Below, in pieces: positions 10,198-19,294 of a DNA stretch of 27,442 nt (within the stretch, counting starts at the first letter, position 1; each line of letters begins with the position of its first letter). Location of the stretch: assembly GCA_041492755.1 (NCBI GenBank), contig JBGPXN010000053.1, forward strand, positions 1-27,442. Reading direction: 5' to 3'. Both the position numbers and the translations under genes were made by a program. This DNA comes from Candidatus Methylomirabilia bacterium (GTDB lineage Bacteria > Methylomirabilota > Methylomirabilia > Rokubacteriales > CSP1-6). The notes beneath the pieces are model-generated. The model made no database searches. It saw only the letters and a list, made by a program, of their open reading frames with translations, and was not told the origin of the DNA.

Positions 10198-11990
10198 CCT
10201 TGGTTTTTCCCCTCAAAGTCTACCACGGTGATTCCGAGCTCCCGGAGCTGGGCCGGCGATGCCGGCGCCGGCGCTTCGGTCATGGGATCGACCCCTTTCT
10301 GCGTCTTGGGGAAGGCGATGACCTCGCGAATGGAATCGTGTCCGGCCAGTACCGCGACGAGGCGGTCGAGCCCGAACGCGATGCCGCCCATGGGCGGCGC
10401 GCCGAACTCGAGCGCGTCGAGCAGGAAACCGAACTTCGCCCGCGCCTCGTCCTTGCCCAGACCGAGGAGCTCGAACACTTTCTGCTGGACCGCCTGCTGG
10501 TGGATGCGGATGCTGCCGCCCGCGATCTCCTGGCCGTTGAGCACGAGATCGTAGGCCTGGGCCAGCGCGGCGCCGGGCTGTTCGTCGAGGCGGCCGGCGT
10601 CCTCCTCGCGCGGCGCCGTGAACGGATGGTGCATCGCCTGCCAGCGCCCCTCGTCCTCGCTCCACTCGAACATCGGGAAGTCGACGACCCAGAGCACGGC
10701 GTAACGGTCGGCCGGGATCATCCCGTAGCGCTGGGCGAGGTCCACCCTGAACCGCCCGAGGATGGTCGCGGCCGCAATTCGCGCGTCGCCGACGAGGAGC
10801 AGGAGATCGCCGGCGCCCGCTCCCGTCGCCGCCAGCAGCGCTGGGCGGATCGGCTCCAGGAATCGCGCGACCGGCGATTGCAGCCCATCCTCCGTCACCT
10901 TGACCCACACGAGGCCTTTCGCGCCCCACGTCTTGGCGGTGGCGACGAGGTCGTCGGCTTCCTTGCGGCTGAGCCCGCCGGCGCCGGGCACTCGTAGCGC
11001 CTTGACCACGCCCCCGCCCGCCACGACGTCCGCAAAGCCACGGAATTCGCCGCCGCGGAACAGATCGGTCACGTCGGCCAGCTCCATTCCGAACCGGAGG
11101 TCCGGCTTGTCGGAGCCGAACCGGTCCATGGCTTCCGCCCAGGTCAGCCGCGCGAACGGCCGCGGCAGCTCCCGGCCGTGGATCCGCTGCAACATCTCCG
11201 CGACCATGCCCTCCATCAAGGGCAGGAACTCGTCACGGGGCAGGAACGACGTCTCGACGTCGATCTGGGTGAACTCGGGCTGGCGGTCCTTGCGAAGATC
11301 CTCGTCGCGGAAGCAGCGCACGATCTGGAAGTAGCGCTCGAAGCCGGCAACCATCAGCAGCTGCTTGAAGAGCTGCGGCGACTGGGCGAGCGCGTAGAAG
11401 CTGCCGCGATTGAGCCGGCTCGGCACGAGGAAGTCCCGCGCGCCCTCAGGGGTGGTCCGGATGAGGAACGGCGTCTCCACCTCGAGAAACCCGTGCCGGT
11501 GCAGGTAGTCGCGAGAGGCCCGGTACACGGCGTCCCGGATGGCGAAGTTGCGGTACATGGCCGGGCGTCTGAGATCCAGATAGCGGTACTGCAGCCGCGT
11601 GAGCTCGTCAACCTCGACGTCGTCCTCGATGGCGAACGGCAAGGGCCGGGCCTCGTTGAGGATCTTGACGGCCTCCACCTGGACTTCGATCTCGCCGGTG
11701 GCGAGCCGGGCGTTCTCGGTGCCGGCCGGTCGCCGCTCCACGGTGCCCTGGACGGCGAGCACGAACTCGCTCCGAATCGTCTCCGCCAGTGTGTGCGCCG
11801 CCGCACTCGTGGCCGGATTGAACACGCACTGGGTCAGCCCGGTCCGATCGCGCACGTCGACGAAGACCAGGCCGCCGTGGTCACGGCGCTTGTGGGCCCA
11901 GCCCATCAGCGTGACGCCGCGACCGGCGTCCGCGGCGCGCAGCTCGCCACACCCATGCGAGCGCCGCCAGTCTCCGAGCACCTCGCTCAT
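10194..11990 (-). CDS. aspS: Aspartate--tRNA ligase (probably non-discriminating Asp/Asn)
   Basis: RLQYRYLDLRR, TPEGARDFLVPSR, QSPQLFKQLLM, FRDEDLR, GAD insertion, HHPFT, GGSIRIH, GLDRL. Confidence 0.97.
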   Translation of the reverse strand: MSEVLGDWRRSHGCGELRAADAGRGVTLMGWAHKRRDHGGLVFVDVRDRTGLTQCVFNPATSAAAHTLAETIRSEFVLAVQGTVERRPAGTENARLATGEIEVQVEAVKILNEARPLPFAIEDDVEVDELTRLQYRYLDLRRPAMYRNFAIRDAVYRASRDYLHRHGFLEVETPFLIRTTPEGARDFLVPSRLNRGSFYALAQSPQLFKQLLMVAGFERYFQIVRCFRDEDLRKDRQPEFTQIDVETSFLPRDEFLPLMEGMVAEMLQRIHGRELPRPFARLTWAEAMDRFGSDKPDLRFGMELADVTDLFRGGEFRGFADVVAGGGVVKALRVPGAGGLSRKEADDLVATAKTWGAKGLVWVKVTEDGLQSPVARFLEPIRPALLAATGAGAGDLLLLVGDARIAAATILGRFRVDLAQRYGMIPADRYAVLWVVDFPMFEWSEDEGRWQAMHHPFTAPREEDAGRLDEQPGAALAQAYDLVLNGQEIAGGSIRIHQQAVQQKVFELLGLGKDEARAKFGFLLDALEFGAPPMGGIAFGLDRLVAVLAGHDSIREVIAFPKTQKGVDPMTEAPAPASPAQLRELGITVVDFEGKNQG

Positions 11991-12001
11991 TCGGCTATAA
12001 G

Positions 12002-12114
12002 TTGGGGGGCCCCGACATGGCCCGCCAAACCCCCCACTCGGCGCGCCCCGGCGAAGCCGGGGCCCCCCTCGATACCCCCCAGCGCTCGGCGCGCCCCGGC
12101 GAAGCCGGGGCGCT
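12002..12114. repeat. Intergenic two-hairpin REP-like repeat, copy 1 (hairpin A plus two tandem hairpin B units)
   Basis: Hairpin A TTGGGGGGCC-CCGACAT-GGCCCGCCAA (12002-12028). Identical 27-mer CTCGGCGCGCCCCGGCGAAGCCGGGGC at 12037-12063 and 12085-12111. Homologous to 18428-18500. Confidence 0.9.
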
Positions 12115-12196
12115 TCTTGACATGGCGATACTGCGACAGGCTTTCCCCGTCGTGACGCATTCGAACGATCCTACCGACGGCTCCGGTTTGCATCCG

Positions 12197-13513
12197 CTAC
12201 GCCTCGGACTTCGCGCTGGGAGCGCGCTTGCCCCGAAGTTCGCTGGTGACGTCGACGCACTGGCCCGCCGCGTCGTAGAGCGTTCCCGCGCCGAAGTCCT
12301 GTTGCGCGAGCTCGTAAATCTGCTTGCCCAGACTCTTCTTCGGGTCGCGCGGCTCGATGACGACGATCTCGCCTCGGCTTCGGCGCTCCCGCGCCTCCTC
12401 GAGCGCGCGCTCGAGCTGCGGCGTGCCCGCCTCGACCAGAACGACCGTCTTGTCGCTGGTGTCGAGAGCCGCCCCGGCTCGCTCCTCGAGCAGTGAGGCG
12501 ATGCGCTCGAACCCGATCGAGAATCCGCAGGCGGGGACCGGCCGGCCGAGGAAGCGGCCCACCATGTCGTCGTACCGGCCTCCGCCGGCGACCGACGATG
12601 AATGGCCCGCGTACGAAATCTCGAAGATCTGCCCCGTGTAGTAGCCCATGCCGCGGACGAGAGTCGGATCGAACCGGATCTGATATCGATGCCCGGCGTC
12701 CGTCTGGACGGCCTCGATGACCTCTGTCAACGCCCGGACTACCGTCTCGTCCACCCGCAGGTCACCCCAACGCGCCTGCCCGTCGGCGTTCTCCGCCTTC
12801 GTCTTCAGCCGCTCCAGCAACCAGAACAGCTTGTCGATCGACCCGGCGCTATGCCCCTGCTCACTCAATTCCTTCTGGACCCCGGCGTCCCCGATCCTGT
12901 CCGCCTTGTCCAGCGAGATCAGAACGCTGGCGCTGGCGTGGTCGGGAAAGCCGGACGCGCGGGTCAGGGCGGTGAGTATTCTCCGATCGTTGATCCGGAT
13001 GACGAGATCGGACAGGTCGAGCGCCAGCAGCGCATCGGCGGTGGCGCGGATCAATTCGACCTCCGCCAGGTGGGAGGCGAGGCCGATGACGTCGATGTCG
13101 CACTGGGTGAACTGCCGGTAGCGACCCTTTTGGGGCCGCTCGGCGCGCCACACCGGCCCGATCTGGATGGCCCTCAGCGGGTTGGGAAGCTTCCCGTGGT
13201 TGTTCGCGTAGTACCGGACGAGCGGAACCGTGAGGTCGAATCGCAGCCCGAGGTCGGCGAGGTCTTCGACGCGGGCGCTCTCGAGCTTCTCGCCACGCTT
13301 GAGGACCTTGAAGATCAGCTTCTCGTTTTCGCCCCCGTCACTCCGAGTCAGGATCGACAGGCTCTCGAGCGCCGGCGTCTCGATCCGCACGAACCCGTAG
13401 CGGCGATACACGGACAGGATCTTCTCGGTGGCGGATTCCCGGATCCGCACCTGCTGCGGGAGCAAGTCCCGCATCCCGCTGGGGGGAGCGCTGCCCGGCC
13501 GTTCGCGCGTCAT
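12197..13513 (-). CDS. hisS: Histidine--tRNA ligase
   Basis: GMRDLLP, LRFDLTVPL, RAERPQKGRYRQFTQCDID, RGMGYYTG, GGGRYD, GFERI. ATG 13513 preferred (GGAGA upstream); alternative GTG 13531. Confidence 0.94.
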   Translation of the reverse strand: MTRERPGSAPPSGMRDLLPQQVRIRESATEKILSVYRRYGFVRIETPALESLSILTRSDGGENEKLIFKVLKRGEKLESARVEDLADLGLRFDLTVPLVRYYANNHGKLPNPLRAIQIGPVWRAERPQKGRYRQFTQCDIDVIGLASHLAEVELIRATADALLALDLSDLVIRINDRRILTALTRASGFPDHASASVLISLDKADRIGDAGVQKELSEQGHSAGSIDKLFWLLERLKTKAENADGQARWGDLRVDETVVRALTEVIEAVQTDAGHRYQIRFDPTLVRGMGYYTGQIFEISYAGHSSSVAGGGRYDDMVGRFLGRPVPACGFSIGFERIASLLEERAGAALDTSDKTVVLVEAGTPQLERALEEARERRSRGEIVVIEPRDPKKSLGKQIYELAQQDFGAGTLYDAAGQCVDVTSELRGKRAPSAKSEA

Positions 13514-13631
13514 GGGTCTCCATTTGACCACGACACCGAAGCGTCATGCTGCGGACCAAGGCGAGGGTCGCTGCCGGACACGATCATGCCGCGATCACGG
13601 AAGGCGGGCGGACTCGAGGACGGCGCCGCTC

Positions 13632-15494
13632 CTACTCGGGCAGCGTCATGATGATCTGGGTGTCGCCGAGGTCTTTCAGGAGGCCGCTTCGCTTCAGCAC
13701 GGCCGCCACGAGGGACGGACCTCCTTCGCCCGGCACGACCCCGAGGCCGGTCACCACGCCTTCGAAGCCGGACGACACCACCTGCATGCGGTAGCCGGCC
13801 GGCCCGCGGAAGATGACCGCCAACCGGCCCGCCTCCTCCTCGTTGATCGGCACGATGATCTCCTGGATCCCGTCGCCGTCCAGGTCGGCTGCGACCGGGT
13901 TGGGCTCCATCTTGAAGAACTTATCGACGATCGTCTGGAGCATGGGGATCTGGAGTTGAGCGCTCGCCAGGCCCCCCCCCACGACGGTCTGAGACCTCCA
14001 CATGTCCTGCGTGCCGGCGCTGATGTGCAGACGATTGTACTCGTCCACGAAGGCAAGAACCCGAGCGTTGTTCTTGCCCGCCGTGTTGGACATCGTCGCG
14101 CCGGTGAGCCGCAGATTGTCGGGGACCAACATCCGCCCCGAGGCCACGAGATCCTTGTTCTTGAGCACGTAGCGAGTGCCGGCGCCCTTGACGAAGAACG
14201 TCTGGCCGTTCTGGGGATGGCCGAGCAGTGTCCGGTTCACGCCGTCGCCCTGCTCGTCCAGCGCGAGGAGCAGCAGCGGGATGTCGTCGGCGAGGACGAC
14301 GGCCTTTCCCTCGCGTGTGCCCAGAACGTACGACAGCATTCCGACCTTGTAGTCCTGGCGGTTCACGACGACGTCGAGGATCCCGTCACCGTCCAGGTCG
14401 GCGAGCTGGACGTTGAGGATCTTTCCGACCATGGCCTTGGAGAACGTCCACTCTGGCGCGAGCGTCAGCCCATTCAACCGGTAGAGGAAGACCTTCTGGC
14501 CGTCGGTCAGGGCGATACGGGGAACCTTGTCAGCCGGCGCCACCCCCACGTCCATGGAGATGACCGGAAACGGGAAGGTGGCCAGCGCGCGGAGCGGGAT
14601 GGACGCGGCCCCGGCCGAATAGCGGTTCGGCTCCCAGTCACCCGACAGCAGGCGGGAGAGGAGCGACCGGCGCTCCACCTTCACCTCGCCAGGTGCGTTG
14701 TTCGACGAGAACTGCTGATCGGGCCGCCGGACGGACGCGGGCACGAAGAGCGAGGTCTGTAACAAGGGAGCGTCCACGGAGGCCGAAAACAGCCGGACGT
14801 CCATGTACGGCTTGCCCTGGACCGTCGTGAAATGCACGCCGAGCAGCTGGGGCAAACTGAACTTCTGCGCAGCCTGCCGGACCCCCTGCCCCTTCATGAA
14901 GTCCTCGGCCTCGATGCGCTCTTGCGCGAGCCACGCCACGACCTGATCGCCGAAGGCGACCTGGAAGCGCCCTGTCCGCTCGAGTTCCTGCACGAGCTCG
15001 TACGTTGCCGCCTCGACCTGCTTCGGTCGCGAGGCCGCCAGCGATACCAGCGTCAGACGCACCTTGCCGGCGGTCACGCGCGCCTTGTCGCCAGGCTGGG
15101 GCGGTGGACCATCCACGAGCCTGGCCACCGAATAGTTCTCGAACACTTCGGTGACAACCAGGCGCCCGAGAGTGTCCTCCGTTCGGCCCAGGAGCTTCTT
15201 GGTGGTCGGATGATAGAGCTCGCGACCGGCGCGGAACGCCACCAGATCAACGCCAACCTGGACGCCTTCGCTCCGCCCGCTGGCGAGAATGACGCGCGGC
15301 CCCGCAATCTCGGCCACGTCCGTTTGAATGAGGGGAAACAGCGCGGCGACCTGCTCGGCGAGGAGCTTGAAGGACAGGGACGATTGGGCCGGCTGCGGCG
15401 GTGACTGGGCGACCGCCCCCGCGGACCATATGAAGCCGAAGAGCACGACAAGCGCGAGCAACCGTTGGGCGCCCAGGTATCGCCGTGTCTGCAT
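13632..15494 (-). CDS. Exported protein: N-terminal FlgT-C-like domain, alpha/beta domain, C-terminal FG-GAP/VCBS beta-propeller
   Basis: Signal peptide (..LLALVVLFGFIWSAGAVA-Q); ADLDGDGILDVVV and ADLDGDGIQEIIV repeats; HPTTKKLLG motif. Start moved to ATG 15494 because ATG 15533 lies inside the upstream terminator stem. Confidence 0.8.
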   Translation of the reverse strand: MQTRRYLGAQRLLALVVLFGFIWSAGAVAQSPPQPAQSSLSFKLLAEQVAALFPLIQTDVAEIAGPRVILASGRSEGVQVGVDLVAFRAGRELYHPTTKKLLGRTEDTLGRLVVTEVFENYSVARLVDGPPPQPGDKARVTAGKVRLTLVSLAASRPKQVEAATYELVQELERTGRFQVAFGDQVVAWLAQERIEAEDFMKGQGVRQAAQKFSLPQLLGVHFTTVQGKPYMDVRLFSASVDAPLLQTSLFVPASVRRPDQQFSSNNAPGEVKVERRSLLSRLLSGDWEPNRYSAGAASIPLRALATFPFPVISMDVGVAPADKVPRIALTDGQKVFLYRLNGLTLAPEWTFSKAMVGKILNVQLADLDGDGILDVVVNRQDYKVGMLSYVLGTREGKAVVLADDIPLLLLALDEQGDGVNRTLLGHPQNGQTFFVKGAGTRYVLKNKDLVASGRMLVPDNLRLTGATMSNTAGKNNARVLAFVDEYNRLHISAGTQDMWRSQTVVGGGLASAQLQIPMLQTIVDKFFKMEPNPVAADLDGDGIQEIIVPINEEEAGRLAVIFRGPAGYRMQVVSSGFEGVVTGLGVVPGEGGPSLVAAVLKRSGLLKDLGDTQIIMTLPE

Positions 15495-15501
15495 CGAAGG
15501 G

Positions 15502-15510
15502 ACTATACCA
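15502..15510 (-). promoter_or_regulatory. Extended -10 promoter (TGgTATAGT) 7 nt upstream of ATG 15494
   Basis: Read directly on the minus strand, just downstream of the porin terminator. Confidence 0.6.
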
Positions 15511-15514
15511 CCCC

Positions 15515-15554
15515 GAGAAAGCAACGAGGGCATGGGGTTGCCCCCATGCCCTCG
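15515..15554 (-). terminator. Rho-independent terminator after the outer-membrane beta-barrel gene
   Basis: 13-bp perfect stem CGAGGGCATGGGG/CCCCATGCCCTCG with a GCAA tetraloop on the minus strand, followed by TTGCTTTCTC, 20 nt after the stop. Confidence 0.85.
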
Positions 15555-15573
15555 CGCGTGCGTGAGATCGACC

Positions 15574-17208
15574 TTAGAAGGTCAACCGGACGCGTGCGGC
15601 CGTCTTGTAGATGTCGTCCGCCGAGCACGCGGGGCTACCCGTGCTCTCGCGGTCGCGGCAACCGCCACCGGCCGTACGGGCGTGGCTCAGCGCCTCACCC
15701 GTGAACATGTAGGCACCGATGAGGTCGAACGCCACGTTCGGAGCGAACCGGTAGGTCAGACCGGCGTTGAGTTCCGTACCAAGATACGACTCCTCGTCAC
15801 GCCGTCCGCGGGTGCGCGGCGACGTGATGCCAGCGGCCGACAGCACGCCGGACGTGTCCACGTCCTCGTCCGTCCACTGGAAGTTCACGAGACCCTTCAC
15901 CGTGAGGGCCGGCGTGAGAGCGTAGTCGGCGGCGAAGGCCAGGAAGATGCGCCCGTACTTGTCATAGCTCGGCGCGTTGCGCAGGCCGACACCGCTGGCG
16001 CCACCCAGGAACGGGTTGTTGTAGTCGATACCCGACGTGTTGATCTCCGACCAACCAGCCATGTAGCCAAAGCCGCCGTTGACGGCGGGCTGGTAGTAGC
16101 CGATGTCCGAGCCGTTCTGGACCTGATGCTCGGCCGCCATACCGGGCGTGTACATGAAGCGCGTCTCGAGGAGCAGCGGGCCGGTGCGGAAGCCGGCAAT
16201 CACGTCGAAGATCCAGGCCGAGATATCGACTTCGTCGCGGCGCTGGCCGTTGACCGTCACCGGACGGATTTCCTGCTCACCGAACTGATAGAGGAACGTC
16301 GGCTGGAGCGAGAACGGCCCGCTCGTCCAACGCACGTCGCCGCCGAGCGTGTGGCGGGTGGTTCTCAGGCCGCTGGCGGTGGTGTTCAGCACCTCGAGCC
16401 CTGAGGGGCTCGCTGCGGTGCCGCACTGGTTGACGTTGAACCCGTTCTTCGGGTGAATACCGAGGTTGGCGGTGCCGCAGTTGCCGCCGTCGTAGTCGTT
16501 GTAGACGTACGTCGGCTTGATGGTGAGGCCCTTGAACACGTCCAACTCGACGCTGGCGAGAATCGCGTAGCTGTCGAACTGGTTCGGCGCGCTCACCCGG
16601 TCGACCGCCTCACCGACCTGCACGAAGGTCAGGGTGGACCGCAGATTGGGCGCCCAGGTCGTCTCGAACGTCGCGCCCGGGAAGTCACCGGCGAAGACGA
16701 TGCCGTTCTTGTACTCGTGACCACGACCCGGCTGGGCACCAAACCGACCGATGGTCGGGACGGGGATGAACGGCATGATAGAGCCGGGACCCGTGACCGG
16801 GGTCTCCAGGTACAGCCACTTCGTCTCGACCGCGCCCGACACGTCGGTGTCGAGGTCGAAGTTGGAGCTGGTACCCGCCGACGTGAACCGGTTGTCACGC
16901 GCCGAGGACCCACCGGCGCCGCTGGTCACCTGGCCGGCACCGTTGGTGAAGTCCAGCTCGACGGCCCACACACCCTTGGTCTTGCCCACTTCACCGGTGA
17001 GGGTGAAGACGCCGCGCTCGCGGCTGTACCAGGCTTGGTCCCTGCCGCCGTCAGTGACGTCGAGACCGGACACGTTCTTGTGGATGCTCGTGACGAAGTC
17101 GACGAGACCGTTGATCGTCACCTTCGGAGCGGGCGCCTGAGCCATGGCCGGTGGCGCCAGCATTCCGAGGGCGGCGATCGCAGCGAGGATGATGACGACC
17201 TTCCTCAT
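15574..17208 (-). CDS. Outer-membrane beta-barrel protein (porin-like)
   Basis: GGAGG RBS; signal peptide ending AMA-Q; many alternating amphipathic strands; Gly/Asn/Thr-rich loops; C-terminal beta-signal RVRLTF. Confidence 0.85.
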   Translation of the reverse strand: MRKVVIILAAIAALGMLAPPAMAQAPAPKVTINGLVDFVTSIHKNVSGLDVTDGGRDQAWYSRERGVFTLTGEVGKTKGVWAVELDFTNGAGQVTSGAGGSSARDNRFTSAGTSSNFDLDTDVSGAVETKWLYLETPVTGPGSIMPFIPVPTIGRFGAQPGRGHEYKNGIVFAGDFPGATFETTWAPNLRSTLTFVQVGEAVDRVSAPNQFDSYAILASVELDVFKGLTIKPTYVYNDYDGGNCGTANLGIHPKNGFNVNQCGTAASPSGLEVLNTTASGLRTTRHTLGGDVRWTSGPFSLQPTFLYQFGEQEIRPVTVNGQRRDEVDISAWIFDVIAGFRTGPLLLETRFMYTPGMAAEHQVQNGSDIGYYQPAVNGGFGYMAGWSEINTSGIDYNNPFLGGASGVGLRNAPSYDKYGRIFLAFAADYALTPALTVKGLVNFQWTDEDVDTSGVLSAAGITSPRTRGRRDEESYLGTELNAGLTYRFAPNVAFDLIGAYMFTGEALSHARTAGGGCRDRESTGSPACSADDIYKTAARVRLTF

Positions 17209-17300
17209 TTACGCCTCCTCAAATGTGGTGGTGAACTGCCTAGCAACCGATACCGACAGGGGTCCAGCACCAACACCTGCACACACCGGACAGCGCTGCC

Positions 17301-17330
17301 TTTGTACCGTGCCGGCGAGCGTAAGGTCAA
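17301..17330 (-). promoter_or_regulatory. Possible sigma70 promoter of the porin gene
   Basis: TTGACC (17330-17325), 18-nt spacer, TACAAA (17306-17301). The -10 match is imperfect. Confidence 0.35.
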
Positions 17331-17343
17331 GTCAAAACTACCC

Positions 17344-18024
17344 TCAACGGCCGTCCCCGCCCAGGGTGAGAAGCCGTTCGGCGGCGGCCCGGCCGAAGGG
17401 GGAATCCGGGCTCAGATCGCGGGCCAGACGGAAAACCCGCTGCGCCTCCTCGTTGCGGCCTTCGGCGGCGAAGAGGAGCCCCAAGTGGTAGTACGGCGCC
17501 TGGAGTCGGGGCTCCAGGCTGAGGGCGAACCGAAGCGCCTCCTCCGCGTCGCGGTACCGCTTAAGGTGAAAGAGCGCCAAGCCCATGTTCTGGTGGGCGA
17601 GGTGCGGGACCGTGAGGGTCGGCAGTCTCAGGGCCTTGCGATACGCTCCGACCGCCTCCTCCCACCGCGACAGCTCGGAGTACGCCGTGCCGACGTGGAA
17701 GTGGAAATCGCCATAGACGGCCTCGATCTCGGCGGCTTTTTGAAACCGCTCGAGCGCCATCTCGGGCCGCCCGACCTGGAGCAGCAAGAGACCGAGCACG
17801 TCCTGATAGATCGCCACGCTCCCGTCGAGCGAGATCGCCTCTTGCAAGGCGCTGTACGCGTCGGCCATTTCACGGCTGTTGAAGTGACCGACACCACGGT
17901 CGTAGACGGCGCGGGCCTGTAAGCGCTGAACGTCCATGGGGTCGGGCTTCGACGATACGCATCCGCTCGTGACGAGAAGGGCGAGAAGGCCGCCCGCAAG
18001 GGCCAGTTGTCTTGACACCTTCAT
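17344..18024 (-). CDS. TPR-repeat lipoprotein (PilF/PilW-like)
   Basis: Lipobox LVTSG-C after a hydrophobic stretch; successive TPR helices ([30 protein letters not shown]). Start at 18024 or 18033 rather than 18132. Confidence 0.82.
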   Translation of the reverse strand: MKVSRQLALAGGLLALLVTSGCVSSKPDPMDVQRLQARAVYDRGVGHFNSREMADAYSALQEAISLDGSVAIYQDVLGLLLLQVGRPEMALERFQKAAEIEAVYGDFHFHVGTAYSELSRWEEAVGAYRKALRLPTLTVPHLAHQNMGLALFHLKRYRDAEEALRFALSLEPRLQAPYYHLGLLFAAEGRNEEAQRVFRLARDLSPDSPFGRAAAERLLTLGGDGR

Positions 18025-18040
18025 GCCCCCCATGTAGCCT
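18012..18040 (+). promoter_or_regulatory. sigma70 promoter for the FmdB-family gene
   Basis: TTGACA (18012-18017), 17-nt spacer, TAGCCT (18035-18040), 8 nt before GTG 18049. Confidence 0.65.
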
Positions 18041-18048
18041 TCCCCTTG

Positions 18049-18423
18049 GTGCCGACGTATGAGTACCAGTGCTCGGGATGCAATCGCACCTTCGAGGTGC
18101 GGCAACGGATCACCGCCGAACCGCTGACGCAATGCGAGGTCTGCGGCGGCGCGGTGAAGCGCCTTCTTTCCTCCGCGCCGTTCATCCTGAAGGGAAAGGG
18201 ATGGTACGTCACCGACTATCCCTCGGAAGCCCGCAAGAAGGCGCTCGCTTCCGAGAAGACCGGCGGCGACACGAAGGACGGCTCATCCGGCGAGAAGTCT
18301 AGCACTACGTCGACCGCCGAGACGTCGTCTTCCTCGTCCTCGTCGTCGCCTTCCTCCTCCTCGACGTCTTCGAGCTCGTCGTCGACGACGCCCCCCGCTT
18401 CGAAGCCCTCGACGTCGGACTGA
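18049..18423 (+). CDS. FmdB family zinc-ribbon protein (CxxC_CxxC_SSSS) with Ser-rich tail
   Basis: [11 protein letters not shown]...CEVCGG...[10 protein letters not shown] signature followed by a poly-Ser tail. GTG start at 18049. Confidence 0.9.
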   Translation: MPTYEYQCSGCNRTFEVRQRITAEPLTQCEVCGGAVKRLLSSAPFILKGKGWYVTDYPSEARKKALASEKTGGDTKDGSSGEKSSTTSTAETSSSSSSSSPSSSSTSSSSSSTTPPASKPSTSD

Positions 18424-19282
18424 AATCATCGGGGGCCCCGACATGGCCCCCGATACCCTCAACGCTCGGAGCGCCCCGGCGAAGCCGGAGCGCTCCTCGA
18501 ATTCCTTCACAGCCTCTGAGCTCGACCGCGGGTCCCCGCCCCGCTCCGAGCGTGGCGGCGGCGCTCCCCTCCCGCACCACGACTTCGACGCGGTTCCGTG
18601 ATCCAACGAGCGCACCCGCGGACCGTGGCGGCAGATCCCCGTAGGTCTCCACGAGCGGCAGGCGGCGCCGGCCGATCCGCACGCTCAGCGGGCGTCCCAA
18701 TCGCGTCGTCGACTCGCCGTCGATGCACGTGATGAGGTTGCCGAACCGATCGACGTGCACGACGGTCCCGTGCACCGAGCGCGGCGTCGATCGCGGTCTG
18801 GGCCAGGGCAGGCGCACCGGATCCGTCACCGCGGGCCCGAAGCGCTCGGGCGGCACGCCCAGCACGAGATGCGCGGCCGCGGGCGCGAACACGTCGCGGC
18901 CGTGGAACGTTCGGCTCACCTCGGCCCGGCGATAGGCCCCGGCCGCCAGCGCGAAGGCCCGCCACCCGTTGGCGGCAAGCAGCGGCGTGAAGACGCCGTT
19001 ATCCGGACCCACGAAGAGCTGGCCGGCGGCGGCGACGACGAGACCACGGCGCGCGGTACCGACACCGGGATCGACGACGGCGACGTGCACGGTCCCGGGC
19101 GGGAAGGCCGCGGCGACCGCTTCGAGCACGAGGGCGCCCTCCATGACGTCGTGGGGTGCGATCTCGTGCGTCACGTCCACCAGCCGGACGGCCGGGGCGA
19201 GGCCGAGCATCACGCCCTTCATCTCGGCGACGTAGCCGTCACGCGTACCGAAATCGGTCGTGAGGGTGATGGTCGCGGACAC
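18305..19282 (-). CDS. SAM hydroxide adenosyltransferase / chlorinase-fluorinase family (DUF62), with abnormal C-terminal read-through
   Basis: [40 protein letters not shown] motifs. Family-like sequence ends near 18515, but the frame stays open to 18305. Confidence 0.85.
   Translation of the reverse strand: MSATITLTTDFGTRDGYVAEMKGVMLGLAPAVRLVDVTHEIAPHDVMEGALVLEAVAAAFPPGTVHVAVVDPGVGTARRGLVVAAAGQLFVGPDNGVFTPLLAANGWRAFALAAGAYRRAEVSRTFHGRDVFAPAAAHLVLGVPPERFGPAVTDPVRLPWPRPRSTPRSVHGTVVHVDRFGNLITCIDGESTTRLGRPLSVRIGRRRLPLVETYGDLPPRSAGALVGSRNRVEVVVREGSAAATLGAGRGPAVELRGCEGIRGALRLRRGAPSVEGIGGHVGAPDDFSPTSRASKRGASSTTSSKTSRRRKATTRTRKTTSRRST
18428..18500. repeat. Two-hairpin REP-like repeat, copy 2
   Basis: Hairpin A ATCGGGGGCC-CCGACAT-GGCCCCCGAT (18428-18454); hairpin B GGAGCGCCCCGGC-GAA-GCCGGAGCGCTCC. 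19-nt identity (18431-18449) with 12005-12023. Confidence 0.9.
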
Positions 19283-19294
19283 GGCCGCGGCCGT

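Noticed and set aside
12037..12111. Two identical 27-nt palindromic direct repeats resembling a mini CRISPR array
   Set aside because: Only two units, a 21-nt low-complexity spacer, no cas genes, and the same unit recurs at ~18465 as part of a dispersed element.
12117..12133. TTGACA followed by GATACT on the plus strand
   Set aside because: The spacer is only a few nt and there is no plus-strand gene downstream.
12002..12496. ORFs 12002..12496 (+) and 11987..12193 (-) with repeated peptides (SARPGEAGA, PGFAGARR)
   Set aside because: Translations of the intergenic repeat and of the hisS antisense strand.
12197..13513. Possible HisZ rather than HisRS
   Set aside because: Complete motif 2, YYTG and GGGRYD motifs, a C-terminal domain and the position next to aspS favour a true HisRS.
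11991..13631. Possible T-box leaders upstream of aspS/hisS (also checked tyrS)
   Set aside because: No T-box AGGGTGGNACCGCG-type sequence or terminator/antiterminator seen; the intergenic spaces are short or filled by the repeat.
18290..18420. TCG/TCC-rich low-complexity tract as a tandem repeat
   Set aside because: Explained by the poly-Ser coding tail normal for FmdB-family proteins.
18520..19282. Possible fluorinase/chlorinase
   Set aside because: It has the Asp-Arg-His set (VDPGVG..RR, TFHGRD) typical of DUF62 SAM hydrolases and a housekeeping context; no support for halogenase activity.
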